Counted from the stretch's first letter, positions 52,544 to 63,653 are shown. The stretch is 64,000 nt of DNA from an uncultured Acidobacteriota bacterium (GCA_963804995.1 CAWDSK010000006.1:1056001-1120000); one strand, 5' to 3'. The notes: generated from the letters alone by a model not told the origin. Program-made: numbers and translations.

Positions 52544-55075
52544 ATGTTCCATAACTCTCTCTGCCTCAGGACTGTCTGTTTAGCCCTGCTATCTGTCTTA
52601 GGCATACAACTCGCTGCCCGGGGGGCGCTTCCGGAGACTCAGGTCCTGCGAGGAGACGTCCGGGACGATAAGAACGCTCCCATTGAGGGCGCCGTGTGCA
52701 CGCTGCTCGGCCCCACCCTGCCCGAACAGGGCCGGCCCATAACCACCAATGAACATGGGGAATTTGAGTTTACGGGATTGATCCCGGGCTCGTATCAATT
52801 GACCTGCGCGGCGGTGGGTTACGAGCCGGTGGCACAGAATGATATTCAAATCAGTGAAACGCAGGCGCCCACCCTGCAAGTCACGCTGCCCACTGAGGTG
52901 ATTATCCGTCAGAGGGTTGAGGTTTCTGCCCAGGCCCCCAAAGCCACCACGCAAACGTCACTTCCACCTGCCATCATCCATAGCCAGGAACTGCGGACGC
53001 TTCCCTTGGTTGAACAAAGGTTCAAAGCAGCGCTTCCCCTCGTCCCCGGAGTAGTCCGCACCCCAGACGGAAGAATCGCCATCAAGGGAGCGATTGAAAA
53101 CCAGGGCACGCTCCTGATTAATTCTGCCGAGACTGTCGATCCGGTGACCGGCAGTTTCTCCATTGAAGTTCCGATCGACGCGGTGGAGTCTGTCAATGTG
53201 TTCAAAAGCGCCTACCAGGCCGAGTACGGACGGTTTTCGGGCGGGCTCACGACCGTGGAGACTAAAGCCCCCCTGAACCACTGGAATTTTGAGCTGAATG
53301 ATTTTCTGCCCACGCCGCGCATTCTGAATGGGCACGTATTAGGCATCCAGGACGACGAGCCACGACTTTCCTTCACGGGGCCTCTCTGGAAAGACAAGCT
53401 CACCTTCTCAGAGTCATTGACTTACATCTTCTCCCGCCAGCCCGTGAGGGGATTGCCCCACCCGAATAATGAGACCAAGAAGCAGGGAGTCAATTCGTAT
53501 ACGGATTTTTACATGGTCTTCTCACCGCAGCACCTGACAAGCATCAACCTTATTGTGTTCCCGCTGCGGCGGCAATATGACAACATCAATTCCCTCGTTC
53601 CCCAGACAGCTTCCGCCGACTACGGCCAGAGCGGCTATTCGTTGGGCGGCAACGACCGGTACCTCTTTAAAGCGGGCGGGATCCTGACCACGCTCGTGCA
53701 GTTGACGCAGTTTGACAGCTATTCGCACGGGCAGGGCCCCTTGGATATGCTGGTGACTCCCAATGGCTACGCGGGTAACTTTTTCAACGCCTGGACACGC
53801 ACCAGCGCGCAGCAGGAAATTCAGCAGAGCTACCAATTCGCGCACAAGCAATGGCACGGCCGGCATGATGTGAAAGTGGGAGGTGATCTCGTCCACCGCT
53901 CCTACACCGGCATTAGCCGCTCGCGCCCGGTCGAACTGCTGCGGGCCGACGGCTCGCTGGCAGAGCAAATCGATTTTGCACCCGCTGGCCACCTCACCAC
54001 GCAGGACACAGAAATCGGACCTTTCGCCGAAGATCACTGGGCGTTCAATGACCACTTGGCCCTGGATTACGGACTGCGCCTTTCCGGCCAGACACTCGGT
54101 GAGACAGCGGCCGTTTCGCCGCGCTCGGGATTGGTCTATACGCCGGGGAAGCAAGGCAAGACCATCTTCCGCGCCGGCGTGGGAGTCTTCTACGATCGCC
54201 TGCCGCTCCTTGCCGGGGATTTCACGCAGAACCCCACACGGGAGGTAACCCTCTTCAACCCTCAGGGGGTGGTGCTTGGCCCCCCAATTGTGTATCAAAA
54301 CTTCTATGAAAGATTCAAAGAGAATGGCCAGGTAGTAGTCCCCTCGGGCGAGGAGCTTGGAAGTACGCCGTATAACACAACCTGGAACGTGGAGTTCGAT
54401 CAGGAGCTGCGCCCCGGTGTGATCGCGCGTCTCAGCTACCTGAGCAGCCGAACCTTTAACCAGTTCACGGTCAATCCGGAAGCCCTCTCACCCACTAATG
54501 CCGTGCTGTTGCTCTCTAACCTGGGTGCCACTCGCTACCACGAGCTCGAAACCACCCTCCGCGTGCGGCACTCCGAGAAGGCGGATATCAACATCTCTTA
54601 TGTCAACAGCCTGGCGCGCGGCGACCTGAATACGCTTTCTTCGGTCTACGTACCGTATGAGCAACCGGTGATTCGCCCGAACTTTTTTGGTACCCTGCCC
54701 ACCAACGTTCCGCAGCGCGTGGTGACCTGGGGGCGCTTCAAGATTCCCCAGAAGATCACGCTCAGCCCCATAGTCGACGTGCACTCCGGCTTCCCCTATT
54801 CTGCTATCGACGAGCTTCAGAACTATGTGGGACCGCCCAACAGCCTCCGGTTTCCCACATTTTTTTCACTCGATGTACAGGGGACCAAGGATTTTCGGGT
54901 TCCTTACCTTCCCTGGCTCAAGAACCATACCGTCCGGGCGGAAATGCGGGTGTTCAACGTAACCAATCACGGTAATTTCCGGGATGTGTACAACAACGTC
55001 GCTTCTCCGTATTTCGGCAACTTCACGGGTTTCCTACACCGCTCCTACGAACTGTCCCTCGACATCGTCTACTGA
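52544..55075 (+). CDS. TonB-dependent receptor with a carboxypeptidase-regulatory-like N-terminal domain
   Basis: Signal peptide, GEFEFTGLIPGSY, plug AEYGRFSGG, beta-barrel with an aromatic C-terminal residue. Confidence 0.88.
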   Translation: MFHNSLCLRTVCLALLSVLGIQLAARGALPETQVLRGDVRDDKNAPIEGAVCTLLGPTLPEQGRPITTNEHGEFEFTGLIPGSYQLTCAAVGYEPVAQNDIQISETQAPTLQVTLPTEVIIRQRVEVSAQAPKATTQTSLPPAIIHSQELRTLPLVEQRFKAALPLVPGVVRTPDGRIAIKGAIENQGTLLINSAETVDPVTGSFSIEVPIDAVESVNVFKSAYQAEYGRFSGGLTTVETKAPLNHWNFELNDFLPTPRILNGHVLGIQDDEPRLSFTGPLWKDKLTFSESLTYIFSRQPVRGLPHPNNETKKQGVNSYTDFYMVFSPQHLTSINLIVFPLRRQYDNINSLVPQTASADYGQSGYSLGGNDRYLFKAGGILTTLVQLTQFDSYSHGQGPLDMLVTPNGYAGNFFNAWTRTSAQQEIQQSYQFAHKQWHGRHDVKVGGDLVHRSYTGISRSRPVELLRADGSLAEQIDFAPAGHLTTQDTEIGPFAEDHWAFNDHLALDYGLRLSGQTLGETAAVSPRSGLVYTPGKQGKTIFRAGVGVFYDRLPLLAGDFTQNPTREVTLFNPQGVVLGPPIVYQNFYERFKENGQVVVPSGEELGSTPYNTTWNVEFDQELRPGVIARLSYLSSRTFNQFTVNPEALSPTNAVLLLSNLGATRYHELETTLRVRHSEKADINISYVNSLARGDLNTLSSVYVPYEQPVIRPNFFGTLPTNVPQRVVTWGRFKIPQKITLSPIVDVHSGFPYSAIDELQNYVGPPNSLRFPTFFSLDVQGTKDFRVPYLPWLKNHTVRAEMRVFNVTNHGNFRDVYNNVASPYFGNFTGFLHRSYELSLDIVY

Positions 55076-55143
55076 TAGCGAGCAATGCGGTCAGCGCCAT
55101 CCGCTTTCTGATACAATCCTCGTGTAAGGGCATCAGCGGGAAC

Positions 55144-56341
55144 ATGGCGTCAAACTACAAGGCGGATTTGGTAAAGATCTATCATTCCCTGGGGCGTAAG
55201 AAGCGCCTGGGGACGGTGATCTTCTTCGTCACTTCCCTCTGCAACGCCCAGTGCCGGACCTGTTTTTACTGGGAAGAACTAAACCAGCGCGGCGATCTGA
55301 CCTGGGATGAAATCCGTAAGCTCTCCCGGAGCATGCCGACCTTTACTGACCTGTGGCTCTCAGGGGGAGAGCCCATGCTGCGGCGCGAACTCCCTGATAT
55401 CATCCATCTCTTCCACAGCAACAATGGGATTCGCTGGGTTAACCTGCCTACCAACGGTCTGCTGCCGGAGCGTACGGGGGAGTGGGTGGCACGTATTTGC
55501 GAGGAGAATCCTGGCCTGCAACTCGACTTGAACGTGGCGATGGATGGCCTCGACGAGATGCAAGACTCAATTCGCGCCGTCCCGGGAAATTTCCAGAAGA
55601 CGCTCGATACACTGGAAGCGGTCCAGCCCTGCCGGCAGAGATTCCCCAAGCTGCGCGTGAACATCAACACGGTGATCTGCGCGGAGAACTTTGATCAGGT
55701 AATGACCATCGCAGAGTTCGTGAAGGGGAACTGCGCAGTGGATGGCCACTACTTCAACATTATTCGGGGCAACGCCAAGGATGCGACGCTAAAACAAATC
55801 CCGACCGATCACCTGGCAGGCCTCTACCAGGACCTGCAAGGGGTCTATGAATATTACTCGCATCGCGTCCTCGAGCGCCGCACCGGCGTGGCGCGGAAGA
55901 TTGCCCAGGTCTATTACCACGGCACGCTGGCGCTCCATAACAAAATTCAGCTTGAGAATATTAATGCGCCGCATCCCTGGCCGATGCCCTGTACTGCCGG
56001 TGAGACTTCCATCGTCATCGATTACAACGGCGAAGTGCGCGCCTGCGAGCTGCGCGGTAAGCTCGCTAACTTGCGCGATTACGACTGTGATTTCGAAAAG
56101 TTCTGGCAGACTCAGAAACGTGCCGACGAAGTGGAGGCAATCGTGCACGATCAATGCTGGTGCACGCACGTCTGCTTTATCCACGACAGCCTGCGGCACT
56201 CCCCCAAAGTCCTGCTCTACGATATCCCCCTCACTTACCTCGAGTCGAAGTACTCGAACGCGCTCCGCGCCGGGCGAACCCGCCGGTATATCCACCCCGG
56301 ACCTCCCCATCAAACCCTTACAAACGCCCCACACCTTGTGA
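55144..56341 (+). CDS. Radical SAM protein with a SPASM/twitch domain; +1 lesion at ~56257 gives false read-through
   Basis: CNAQCRTC, SGGEP, CTAG...ACE...CWCTHVC; removing one A from CTCGAAC ends the protein at TGA 56341. Confidence 0.85.
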
Positions 56342-56430
56342 TAAGTTCTCCTTGCCCGACAGTGAGCTGGCCACCGGCGAGCGGCGCCCAGAAGTCCGCA
56401 TCATTAACTTCACCTTTGGAGTCCTTCGGC

Positions 56431-58297
56431 ATGATCAAGCAACGGAAGTTCGTCCTTATACTCATCCTCGCGGCAAGCGTTACGAGCTTCGTGGCGCTTG
56501 CTCCGCGCGGCCAGAATCCTCTGGACGTGAGCGAGATCTTTACCAAAATGGACGTGATGATTCCCATGCGTGACGGCGTGCGCCTGCACACGGAAGTCTA
56601 CGTGCCAAAGATTGCCCCGATGCCGGTGCCGTTCATTATGGAGCGAACTCCTTACGGAGTGATGGATGATGAAAAGGGCATGGCCGTCAAATTCGGCCGC
56701 TATCGGGCACTCGTCCCTGAAGGCTACATCTTTGTCTTTCAAGATATCCGGGGGCGCTACAAGTCGGAAGGCCAGTTCGTAATGCTGCGCCGCCCACACG
56801 ACCCGCACGACCCAAAGGCTATCGATGAAGGCACCGACACCTACGACACCATCGATTGGCTGCTCAAGAATGTTCACAACCACAACGGACGGGTGGGGCT
56901 TCTGGGAATTTCTTACGGGGGCTGGCTGACCGTGATGGGGATGCTGGAGCCGCACCCGGCACTCAAAGCCGTCTCCGAGCAGGCTTCGCCCGCCGATATG
57001 TATCTGGGCGACAACTTCCACCATAACGGCGCATTCCGGCTCAGTTACGGGTTTGAGTACGCCGCGATGATGGAAACGGGCAAGACCAGCTTCCATTTTC
57101 AGTTCGACCGCCCCGACACCTACGAGTGGTATCTCGGGCTGGGGCCCCTGTCACACATCAATGCGGATTACCTGCACGGCACAGTGCCGTCGTGGAACGA
57201 TTTCGTAGAGCATCCGGACTACGACCAGTTCTGGCAGCAACAAGCCGTAACTCCCTATTTGAAGAAGGTGACGGTGCCGAACTTGAACGTGGCCGGCTGG
57301 TGGGACCAGGAAGATTTCTACGGGCCGCAGAGAATCTATGAAACGCTGGAAAAGAAGGATTCCCAACACTGGAATTACTTCGTGGCCGGGCCCTGGAATC
57401 ACGGTGGGTGGTCCGGGGGGACGGGAAACGCGCTGGGCAAAATCCAGTTCGGCAGCGATACGGCCAAATATTTTCGCGAGAATATCGAAGCCGCGTGGTT
57501 TGCCTACTGGTTGAAAGACAAAGGGCAACTGCCGCTGACCGAGGCCATGACTTTTCAAACGGGAACCAACAAATGGGAAACCTATGACTCCTGGCCGCCA
57601 CGCCATGGCACCCAGCCGCGCAAACTCTATTTCCAAGAGGGGGGCCGGCTTTCTTTCGATCGGCCGCGCGAGCCTGAGGGGAAGGGGTTTGACCAGTACG
57701 TTTCCGACCCTGCGAACCCTGTGCCCTACCGCCATCGGCCGGTCCAGCCCACTTATCCCGGCGGCGGTTGGCCCACCTGGCTGGTGGAAGATCAGCGCTT
57801 CGTCCAGGATCGCCCGAACGTCCTAACCTGGCAAACTGCCCCGCTCACGGAAGACCTGACTGTGGCGGGCGATATCGTGGCGCATGTGTTCGCCTCCACC
57901 ACCGGCACGGATAGCGATTGGGTCGTGAAGCTGATCGAACGTCTATCCCCAGGAGTACCCCGCCGATCCTTCCCTAAGTGGATATGAATTGATGATTGCG
58001 GATGAGGTCTTTCGCGGCCGCTTCCGCAAGAGCTTTGAGAAGCCCGAGCCCGCCACCCCGAACCAGGCGGCAGAGTATGTTATCGATCTCCACACCAACG
58101 ACCATTGCTTTCTGCGCGGGCACCGCATCATGGTGCAGGTGCAGAGTACATGGTTTCCGATCATCGACCGTAACCCACAGAAGTTTGTGCCCAACATCTT
58201 CAAGGCCACTAAGGCCGACTACCAAGTGGCCACGCAGCACGTTTACCGCTCGCGGGAATACCCCTCTTCCGTCGAACTTCCTGTGAAGGTGCAGTGA
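56431..58297 (+). CDS. CocE/NonD family serine hydrolase (alpha-amino acid ester hydrolase-like), with a +1 frameshift at ~57938
   Basis: Signal peptide MIKQRKF, IPMRDGVRL, RTPY, GISYGG and GPWNHG; the C-terminus continues in ORF 57989-58297. Confidence 0.92.
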
Positions 58298-58311
58298 GGC
58301 GAGCCACAGGA

Positions 58312-58798
58312 TCAAGATGCCGGTCCCGGCGTCCCGGCGGTCTGCTCCGAAGTGTCGGTTTGCTCACGCAGCTTGCGTTGCTCAACGTTGAGCAACGCGC
58401 CGAGCAGCACATCCAAGGAATCGAGCAGCCGCGCGTCAGCCGTCTGGATCAAGTAATTGGCCATGCGCAGCAACTGCAATTGGCGTGGGCTGTAGCTTTC
58501 TGCATGAGGGTCGGCAGCTTTGCCGCGGCTGGAGCGCAGCATGTCCATAACACAGTTGCCCGATGTGGTGATGACACACTGCAAAGTCCCCAATTGGGCG
58601 GAGCCTTCCTGGAAAAGTTCACTCATGGGCACGCCCAGAGCCGCTGCGATTTTTCGCAACGTTTGCGGGCGTGCGCTCGAGGTGACGGTTCTCGATGCGG
58701 GAAAGGTAGGAGCCCGCCAGACCCGTGCGGTCGCTCAAATCCCGCTGGGTCAAACCCTTTTGGTTGCGTAGCTGAATAAGACGGCTACCAATGCTCAT
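58312..58798 (-). CDS. XRE-family HTH transcriptional regulator, with a +1 frameshift at ~58674
   Basis: MSIGSRLIQLRNQKGLTQRDLSDRTGLAGSYLSRIENRHLE, then (P)RPQTLRKIAAALGVPMSELF in the next frame; AGGAGG upstream. Confidence 0.88.
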
Positions 58799-58875
58799 CC
58801 CTCGGCCTCCTCATGACTTGTCAGCCGCAATCTTAACATATATGTAATAAAAAGGCAGCTAGACCCCTATGCGTC

Positions 58876-58903
58876 TTGACATAGCTGTAAAGGAGCGTAT
58901 CTT
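58876..58903 (+). promoter_or_regulatory. Sigma70-type promoter TTGACA-N16-TATCTT
   Basis: Perfect -35 box and a 4/6 -10 box; palindrome ACATATATGT at 58836-58845 is a candidate XRE operator. Confidence 0.6.
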
Positions 58904-58909
58904 TGCATA

Positions 58910-59304
58910 GGGACCCAGCAACATTAAGCGGAACGGTTCTCAGTCCACTGTAAGAGTTTGCCGGAATCCTGTCGGTCCCGTCGCCTGAGCGAGGCGTGAG
59001 GCAGCACGAGCAATAGCGAAAAGGCCACATGCGGTGGCCAGCTCGGAGCTCCAGCGTGAATGCACGGCGGGTGAGAGGTCGATAGAGGCGCCCCGTGGTC
59101 GGCCAGTGAGGAAGCGCCCGGCCCCAAGAAAGCCCGCATCCTGGCGGCAGGATTCCGTGATTTTCAAGTTTCGGTAGGAGGATAGACAGTAAAAAGCTAG
59201 CCTCAATAACTACCATACGAGCCCACCGACCCGTCCGGGATTTAATTCGCAACCCCACAATCCTGCCTGATAAGCCCTGAGCCGGACGGGTCTTCCCTTT
59301 TTCC
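58910..59304 (+). ncRNA. Candidate structured non-coding RNA, family not recognised
   Basis: Upstream promoter, nested stems whose G-U pairs favour the + strand, a terminal stem plus pyrimidine tail, and no credible ORF. Confidence 0.5.
59228..59304 (+). terminator. Terminator-like stem
   Basis: GACCCGTCCGG / CCGGACGGGTC (11 bp) followed by TTCCCTTTTT; the 43-nt loop is unusually long. Confidence 0.5.
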
Positions 59305-59382
59305 GCCCAAAATCCAAGGTCAGACTGGCGCTAGAGAGTTTTCTGGCAGCTCCGCGCGAGGTAGAATCCTTCCGGTCAACCC

Positions 59383-59862
59383 ATGGGTTCCACGGAGATT
59401 CAATTCGCTGCGGATCGAATGCTGGGGCGTTTGGCGAAGATGCTGCGCCTGCTGGGATATGACACACTGTATGCGTCCGACATGAGCACGGCCAGGCTCC
59501 TTGAAATCGCTCGGCAAGGTGAGCGTGTGCTGCTGACGCGCGGTGACATCCGGAAGCGTTTCCAGGGAATCGGGTGCGTGCATAGCCTGAGAAGTGAGTA
59601 CCCGCCCGAACAACTGCGCGAGGTGGTGGAGCAATTTGGTTTGGACACGCGTTCCGGGCTCTGGACGCGCTGCACCCTCTGCAATTCGCCTATTACTGTT
59701 GTCGATAAACGTGATGTGGAATCGAGCCTGGATCCCAAGATCCTCCAAGTTTACGACCAGTTCTTTCGCTGCACGGGCTGCGGGCACCTTTATTGGCGCG
59801 GTTCGCACGTCGAGCGCATCCTGAAAAACCTGGACGGGCTTCTGCGACAATCCCAAAGCTAA
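59383..59862 (+). CDS. Mut7-C RNase domain protein (PIN fold with zinc ribbon)
   Basis: FAADRMLGRLAKMLRLLGYDT, LLTR, RCTLCN and CTGCGHLYWRGSH motifs. Confidence 0.92.
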   Translation: MGSTEIQFAADRMLGRLAKMLRLLGYDTLYASDMSTARLLEIARQGERVLLTRGDIRKRFQGIGCVHSLRSEYPPEQLREVVEQFGLDTRSGLWTRCTLCNSPITVVDKRDVESSLDPKILQVYDQFFRCTGCGHLYWRGSHVERILKNLDGLLRQSQS

Positions 59863-60025
59863 TCTGCAGGGTCGAGGTTACTGTTTCTGTTGGCGCGCAC
59901 ATCGCTCTCTTTCATCCCGAGTCACTTTGGCGATGGCAATTCGGGGTTGCAGAGTGCGGCGCTGACGCGATATGGTGCAAGGGAAGTTTCGGATAACCCA
60001 TTCGAAAGTCTGTGGAGGATTCTAT

Positions 60026-61051
60026 ATGCGGGTTCTGGTAACGGGCGGGGCGGGCTATATTGGCAGTCACACGGCCCGAGCCTTGGCGGCATCAGGCCAC
60101 GAACCCGTGGTTCTGGATAATCTCAGCACCGGCCATCGTTGGGCGGTGAAGTGGGGGCCCTTCGTCGAAGCGGACTTGGCCGACCGGGATTTACTTCCGC
60201 GAATCCTGAGGGAGCAGCAAGTCGAAGCGGTCATGCATTTTGCGGCAAGTCTGTTGGTGAATGAATCTGTTCGGGAGCCGAGAAAATACTTTTGGAACAA
60301 CGTGGTCAATACGCTGCACTTGCTGGATGCCATGCTTGAGACGGGAGTAAAGCGGATCATTTTTTCCTCCTCGGCGGCCACCTACGGCGACCCCGAAAAA
60401 ATCCCCATGCCGGAGGACCACCGCCAGCGCCCCGTGAATCCCTACGGTGAAACGAAGTTGATGATGGAACGAGCCCTGGAGTGGTATGGCCGCGCCTATG
60501 GCCTGAAATGGATCGCATTGCGATATTTCAACGCCGCTGGGGCGGACCCGGAGGGCGGGTTGGGCGAAGAACACGATCCGGAGACCCATCTGATTCCGTT
60601 GATTGTCCTGGCCGCGCTCGGCCGGCGGCCTTACGTGGAGATCTACGGCACGGACTACGAAACTCCAGACGGGACCGCCATCCGGGACTACATCCACGTC
60701 ACCGATTTGGCGGAGGCGCATGTACGGGCGTTGGAGCATCTGGCTCGCGGCGGCGAAAGCAGAGCGTTGAACCTTGGCACGGGCCTGGGGCACTCCGTCC
60801 GCGAGGTCATCAGCGCCGTAGGGAAGCTCTCACCGCACCCTGTGCCGGTTCGCGAAGGGCCACGGCGAGAAGGGGATCCACCCGCGCTAGTTGCCGACGC
60901 AAGCCGGGCGGCCAAGGTTTTGGGCTGGAAACCGCACCATTCCGGATTGGATGCCATCGTTCAGAGTGCCTGGAACTGGCACTTGGCCCGGGGCTCGGGG
61001 TTAGGGATGGGAGGTCGGGCTAAGCCCGAATCCCGAGTCCCTAGGGGTTAA
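60026..61051 (+). CDS. galE: UDP-glucose 4-epimerase
   Basis: TGGAGYIGSH, YGETK, LRYFNAAGA and DGTAIRDYIHV motifs. Confidence 0.95.
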   Translation: MRVLVTGGAGYIGSHTARALAASGHEPVVLDNLSTGHRWAVKWGPFVEADLADRDLLPRILREQQVEAVMHFAASLLVNESVREPRKYFWNNVVNTLHLLDAMLETGVKRIIFSSSAATYGDPEKIPMPEDHRQRPVNPYGETKLMMERALEWYGRAYGLKWIALRYFNAAGADPEGGLGEEHDPETHLIPLIVLAALGRRPYVEIYGTDYETPDGTAIRDYIHVTDLAEAHVRALEHLARGGESRALNLGTGLGHSVREVISAVGKLSPHPVPVREGPRREGDPPALVADASRAAKVLGWKPHHSGLDAIVQSAWNWHLARGSGLGMGGRAKPESRVPRG

Positions 61052-61392
61052 ACATACCCCAATTCCCTTCCCAGCGAGCGGAGTTGAATTCCATCGATGA
61101 AAAGTTCGGCTTGCGTGGCATCGTAACCATGTTCTAAGGTGCGACGCAAGAAGCGGGCGGCAATTTCGGCGAGTTGTTGGTCGCTCAGGTATTTGTGGTC
61201 TTTCTCACGCAGTTCCGTGAGCGCCGGGCAGGAAATTGATACCGTGGCGTGTTGTCCATCGACGAGAAATACACAATCGATGGTATCGCTGTGCCGAGTG
61301 GCGATGGCGGCAAACAAGTGCACAAAACGAACCGTGACGGGTTCTGCCAAACCGCGAGAGCTGACCTCGAATGGCGTGACAATGTAGCTCAT
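61048..61392 (-). CDS. Hypothetical protein
   Basis: Compact ORF with an ATG start and coding-like composition (IATRHSDTID); convergent overlap with the galE stop. Confidence 0.7.
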   Translation of the reverse strand: MSYIVTPFEVSSRGLAEPVTVRFVHLFAAIATRHSDTIDCVFLVDGQHATVSISCPALTELREKDHKYLSDQQLAEIAARFLRRTLEHGYDATQAELFIDGIQLRSLGRELGYV

Positions 61393-61889
61393 GGTGAGAT
61401 ATCCCTGCGGCCTCAGATGTCCCGATAGAATCTTGACGGCCGGGCAAGCATTATAAACCAGCTTGTGGGTATGGACGAAGTCAGAGGTGCGTGGGCGATA
61501 AGGTTCGACGAATCCCCAACGCGCAAATTATTGAAACCACTTGCAGGAGTCATCGAAGCGGAATTTATGCAACCTTTCAGCACCCCGACGCGTCTAATTC
61601 AGTAACTCTATTCTATTGACTACCTGGGGAAGTGGGTGATCCCGGGTCTTCCCGAATTATCCACTTCCTCCTTCCTCAAATCAGAAATGTTCAAAGACGA
61701 GTAAGGCGGGAGCTGCGGAATTGCAGACTCCCCGCTTCTGACAGATTCGGAAAAACGGTTTACACGTGGCGTGGGGAAGCTATATACTCCGCTGCATCAG
61801 CTTTACTGCCATCCTCTTAAGGACTCAACGTGTCTTAGAAACATCAGAAGACCGGCGGGTGGTCGGGAGCATCTTTGGAGCGATTGCAC

Positions 61890-63653
61890 ATGAACTTGGT
61901 CAAGGAAATTGACGAGCTGAATTGTGATTTCTGCGCCCCCCTCGAAGCCCGTGGAGTCATGGAGGCGCTGGTCAAACGCCTCGTAACTCATTATTCGGTT
62001 GCGGCAGCCGGAATATGGCGCCAGGATCCTGACCAATCGCATTTGACACTTGCCGCCTCGGCCGGGGCCCCGGCTTTCCCGGAAGATTTGGCTCAAGTGT
62101 CTGCCAGCCACAGCCACTCCCTGTTGGGACGAGCTTTGCAAGCAAAGCTGCCGCAGGTCTATCCGGGAGCCGCCAAGGCTGCTGACGATGAAGCCCAGTG
62201 GGCGGAACAGAACCATTTGCCTTTTTTGGCTGCCTACCCATTGGTGGACGAAACCAAGACCTTTGGCGTGCTGCTGGTGGCCTCAGAGCAAATTCCCGAA
62301 GACTCCCTGCAGGCGCTCTTCCGCCTCCATGCGCGGCTTGCGACCCTTGCCCTGCGGGATGCGGAGCTCTTCTCCAACGCTCAGCACACCCTGGACAAAC
62401 TGCAGTTCATGGTTGAAGCCAGCAAAGTCTTCAACTCCACCCTGGACCTTTCTGAACTCCTGGGCCGGATTCTTGACGTGGCCAAAACCCTTACCAAGGC
62501 CGAACGTGGAACCCTCTTCCTGGTGGATGAAAAAACGGACGAAATCTGGTCGCTCATCGCCCATGGTCTTGAAAAGCAGGAAATCCGTCTGCCGCGGGGC
62601 CGGGGAATTGCCGGCCACGTCGCCAAATCCGGGGAGATCATCAACATCCCCGATGCCTACAGTGACCCCCGCTTCGACCCCGAGACGGACAAGCGCACGG
62701 GTTTTCGCACGCGAAATATCCTTACTCTGCCTATTCGCAACAAGGCGGGCAATATCATCGCCGCGCTGCAACTCCTTAACAAAGCCAAGGGTAGCTTCAC
62801 CGACGAGGACACCAATGTACTGCTGACGTTGTCAGGACAAATGGCGATGAGCCTTGAGAACGCCCAACTGCATCGTGATCTCCTGGAGAAAGAGCGCCTG
62901 GAACGTGAGATGGCGCTAGCGCGGGGGATTCAGCGCAGCCTCCTCCCTGAGACGACCCCCGTCGTTAATGGTTTCGACATCGCCGTGCTTAACGAGCCCT
63001 GTTTCGAAGTGGGCGGCGACTACTACGATTTCCTGAGCTTGGGACCGAATACGCTGCTGGTGGTCATCGCGGACGTGGAAGGCAAGGGCATCAGTTCCGC
63101 CATGGTAATGTCGAACCTGCAAGCCACTTTGCGGGCGCTGGTGTTGCATCTGCATTCCCTGAACGACATCGCCGAATCTGTGAACCGCATGATTCTGAAC
63201 GATACGCGTGGCGAGAAGTATATGACCATGTTCCTAGGCCTGATCGACATGCGCCGAAAAGCGATTCATTACATCAACTGCGGGCACGTTCCTCCGGTCA
63301 TCGTACGACCGGGCCACCCGCCCATCCAGCTTACGGAAGGCGGCATGGTCATCGGCTTGTTCGATAACGCTCAATTCGACCGTGGCCACGTGAAGTTTCA
63401 GACCGGTAACGTCCTGGTACTTTGCACGGATGGCATTACCGAGGCCATGGACACGGAAAACGAGGAGTTTGGCCTGGAGCGTCTGGTGGCCAGCGTCAGC
63501 CGCGTCCCGGACCTCAAGGCCAAAGATATCGTGTCGAAGGTGTGCGACGATGTCACGGTATACTCTCGCGGAGGGACGCACATCGATGACAAGGTGATGT
63601 TGGCCATCAAGGTCATTGATGAGCCTGGAGATGCAGCGGGCAAGAAGAAGTAG
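61890..63653 (+). CDS. GAF-GAF-SpoIIE (PP2C/RsbU-type) phosphatase
   Basis: Two GAF domains; VGGDYYD, IADVEGKG, NCGH, CTDGITEA and DD motifs. Confidence 0.93.
   Translation: MNLVKEIDELNCDFCAPLEARGVMEALVKRLVTHYSVAAAGIWRQDPDQSHLTLAASAGAPAFPEDLAQVSASHSHSLLGRALQAKLPQVYPGAAKAADDEAQWAEQNHLPFLAAYPLVDETKTFGVLLVASEQIPEDSLQALFRLHARLATLALRDAELFSNAQHTLDKLQFMVEASKVFNSTLDLSELLGRILDVAKTLTKAERGTLFLVDEKTDEIWSLIAHGLEKQEIRLPRGRGIAGHVAKSGEIINIPDAYSDPRFDPETDKRTGFRTRNILTLPIRNKAGNIIAALQLLNKAKGSFTDEDTNVLLTLSGQMAMSLENAQLHRDLLEKERLEREMALARGIQRSLLPETTPVVNGFDIAVLNEPCFEVGGDYYDFLSLGPNTLLVVIADVEGKGISSAMVMSNLQATLRALVLHLHSLNDIAESVNRMILNDTRGEKYMTMFLGLIDMRRKAIHYINCGHVPPVIVRPGHPPIQLTEGGMVIGLFDNAQFDRGHVKFQTGNVLVLCTDGITEAMDTENEEFGLERLVASVSRVPDLKAKDIVSKVCDDVTVYSRGGTHIDDKVMLAIKVIDEPGDAAGKKK

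Noticed and set aside
55144..57987. 947-aa radical SAM-CocE fusion in the ORF track
   Set aside because: One extra A in CTCGAAC (~56257) bypasses the natural stop at 56341; the linker is non-coding-like and CocE has its own signal peptide at 56431
58910..59304. Identification as RNase P RNA, tmRNA, SRP, 6S or a cobalamin riboswitch
   Set aside because: No GAGGAAAGTCC, no tRNA-like ends, no GGAAGGAAGCAGC loop and no B12 box; the fold is multibranched rather than a single 6S-like rod. Judged by eye only
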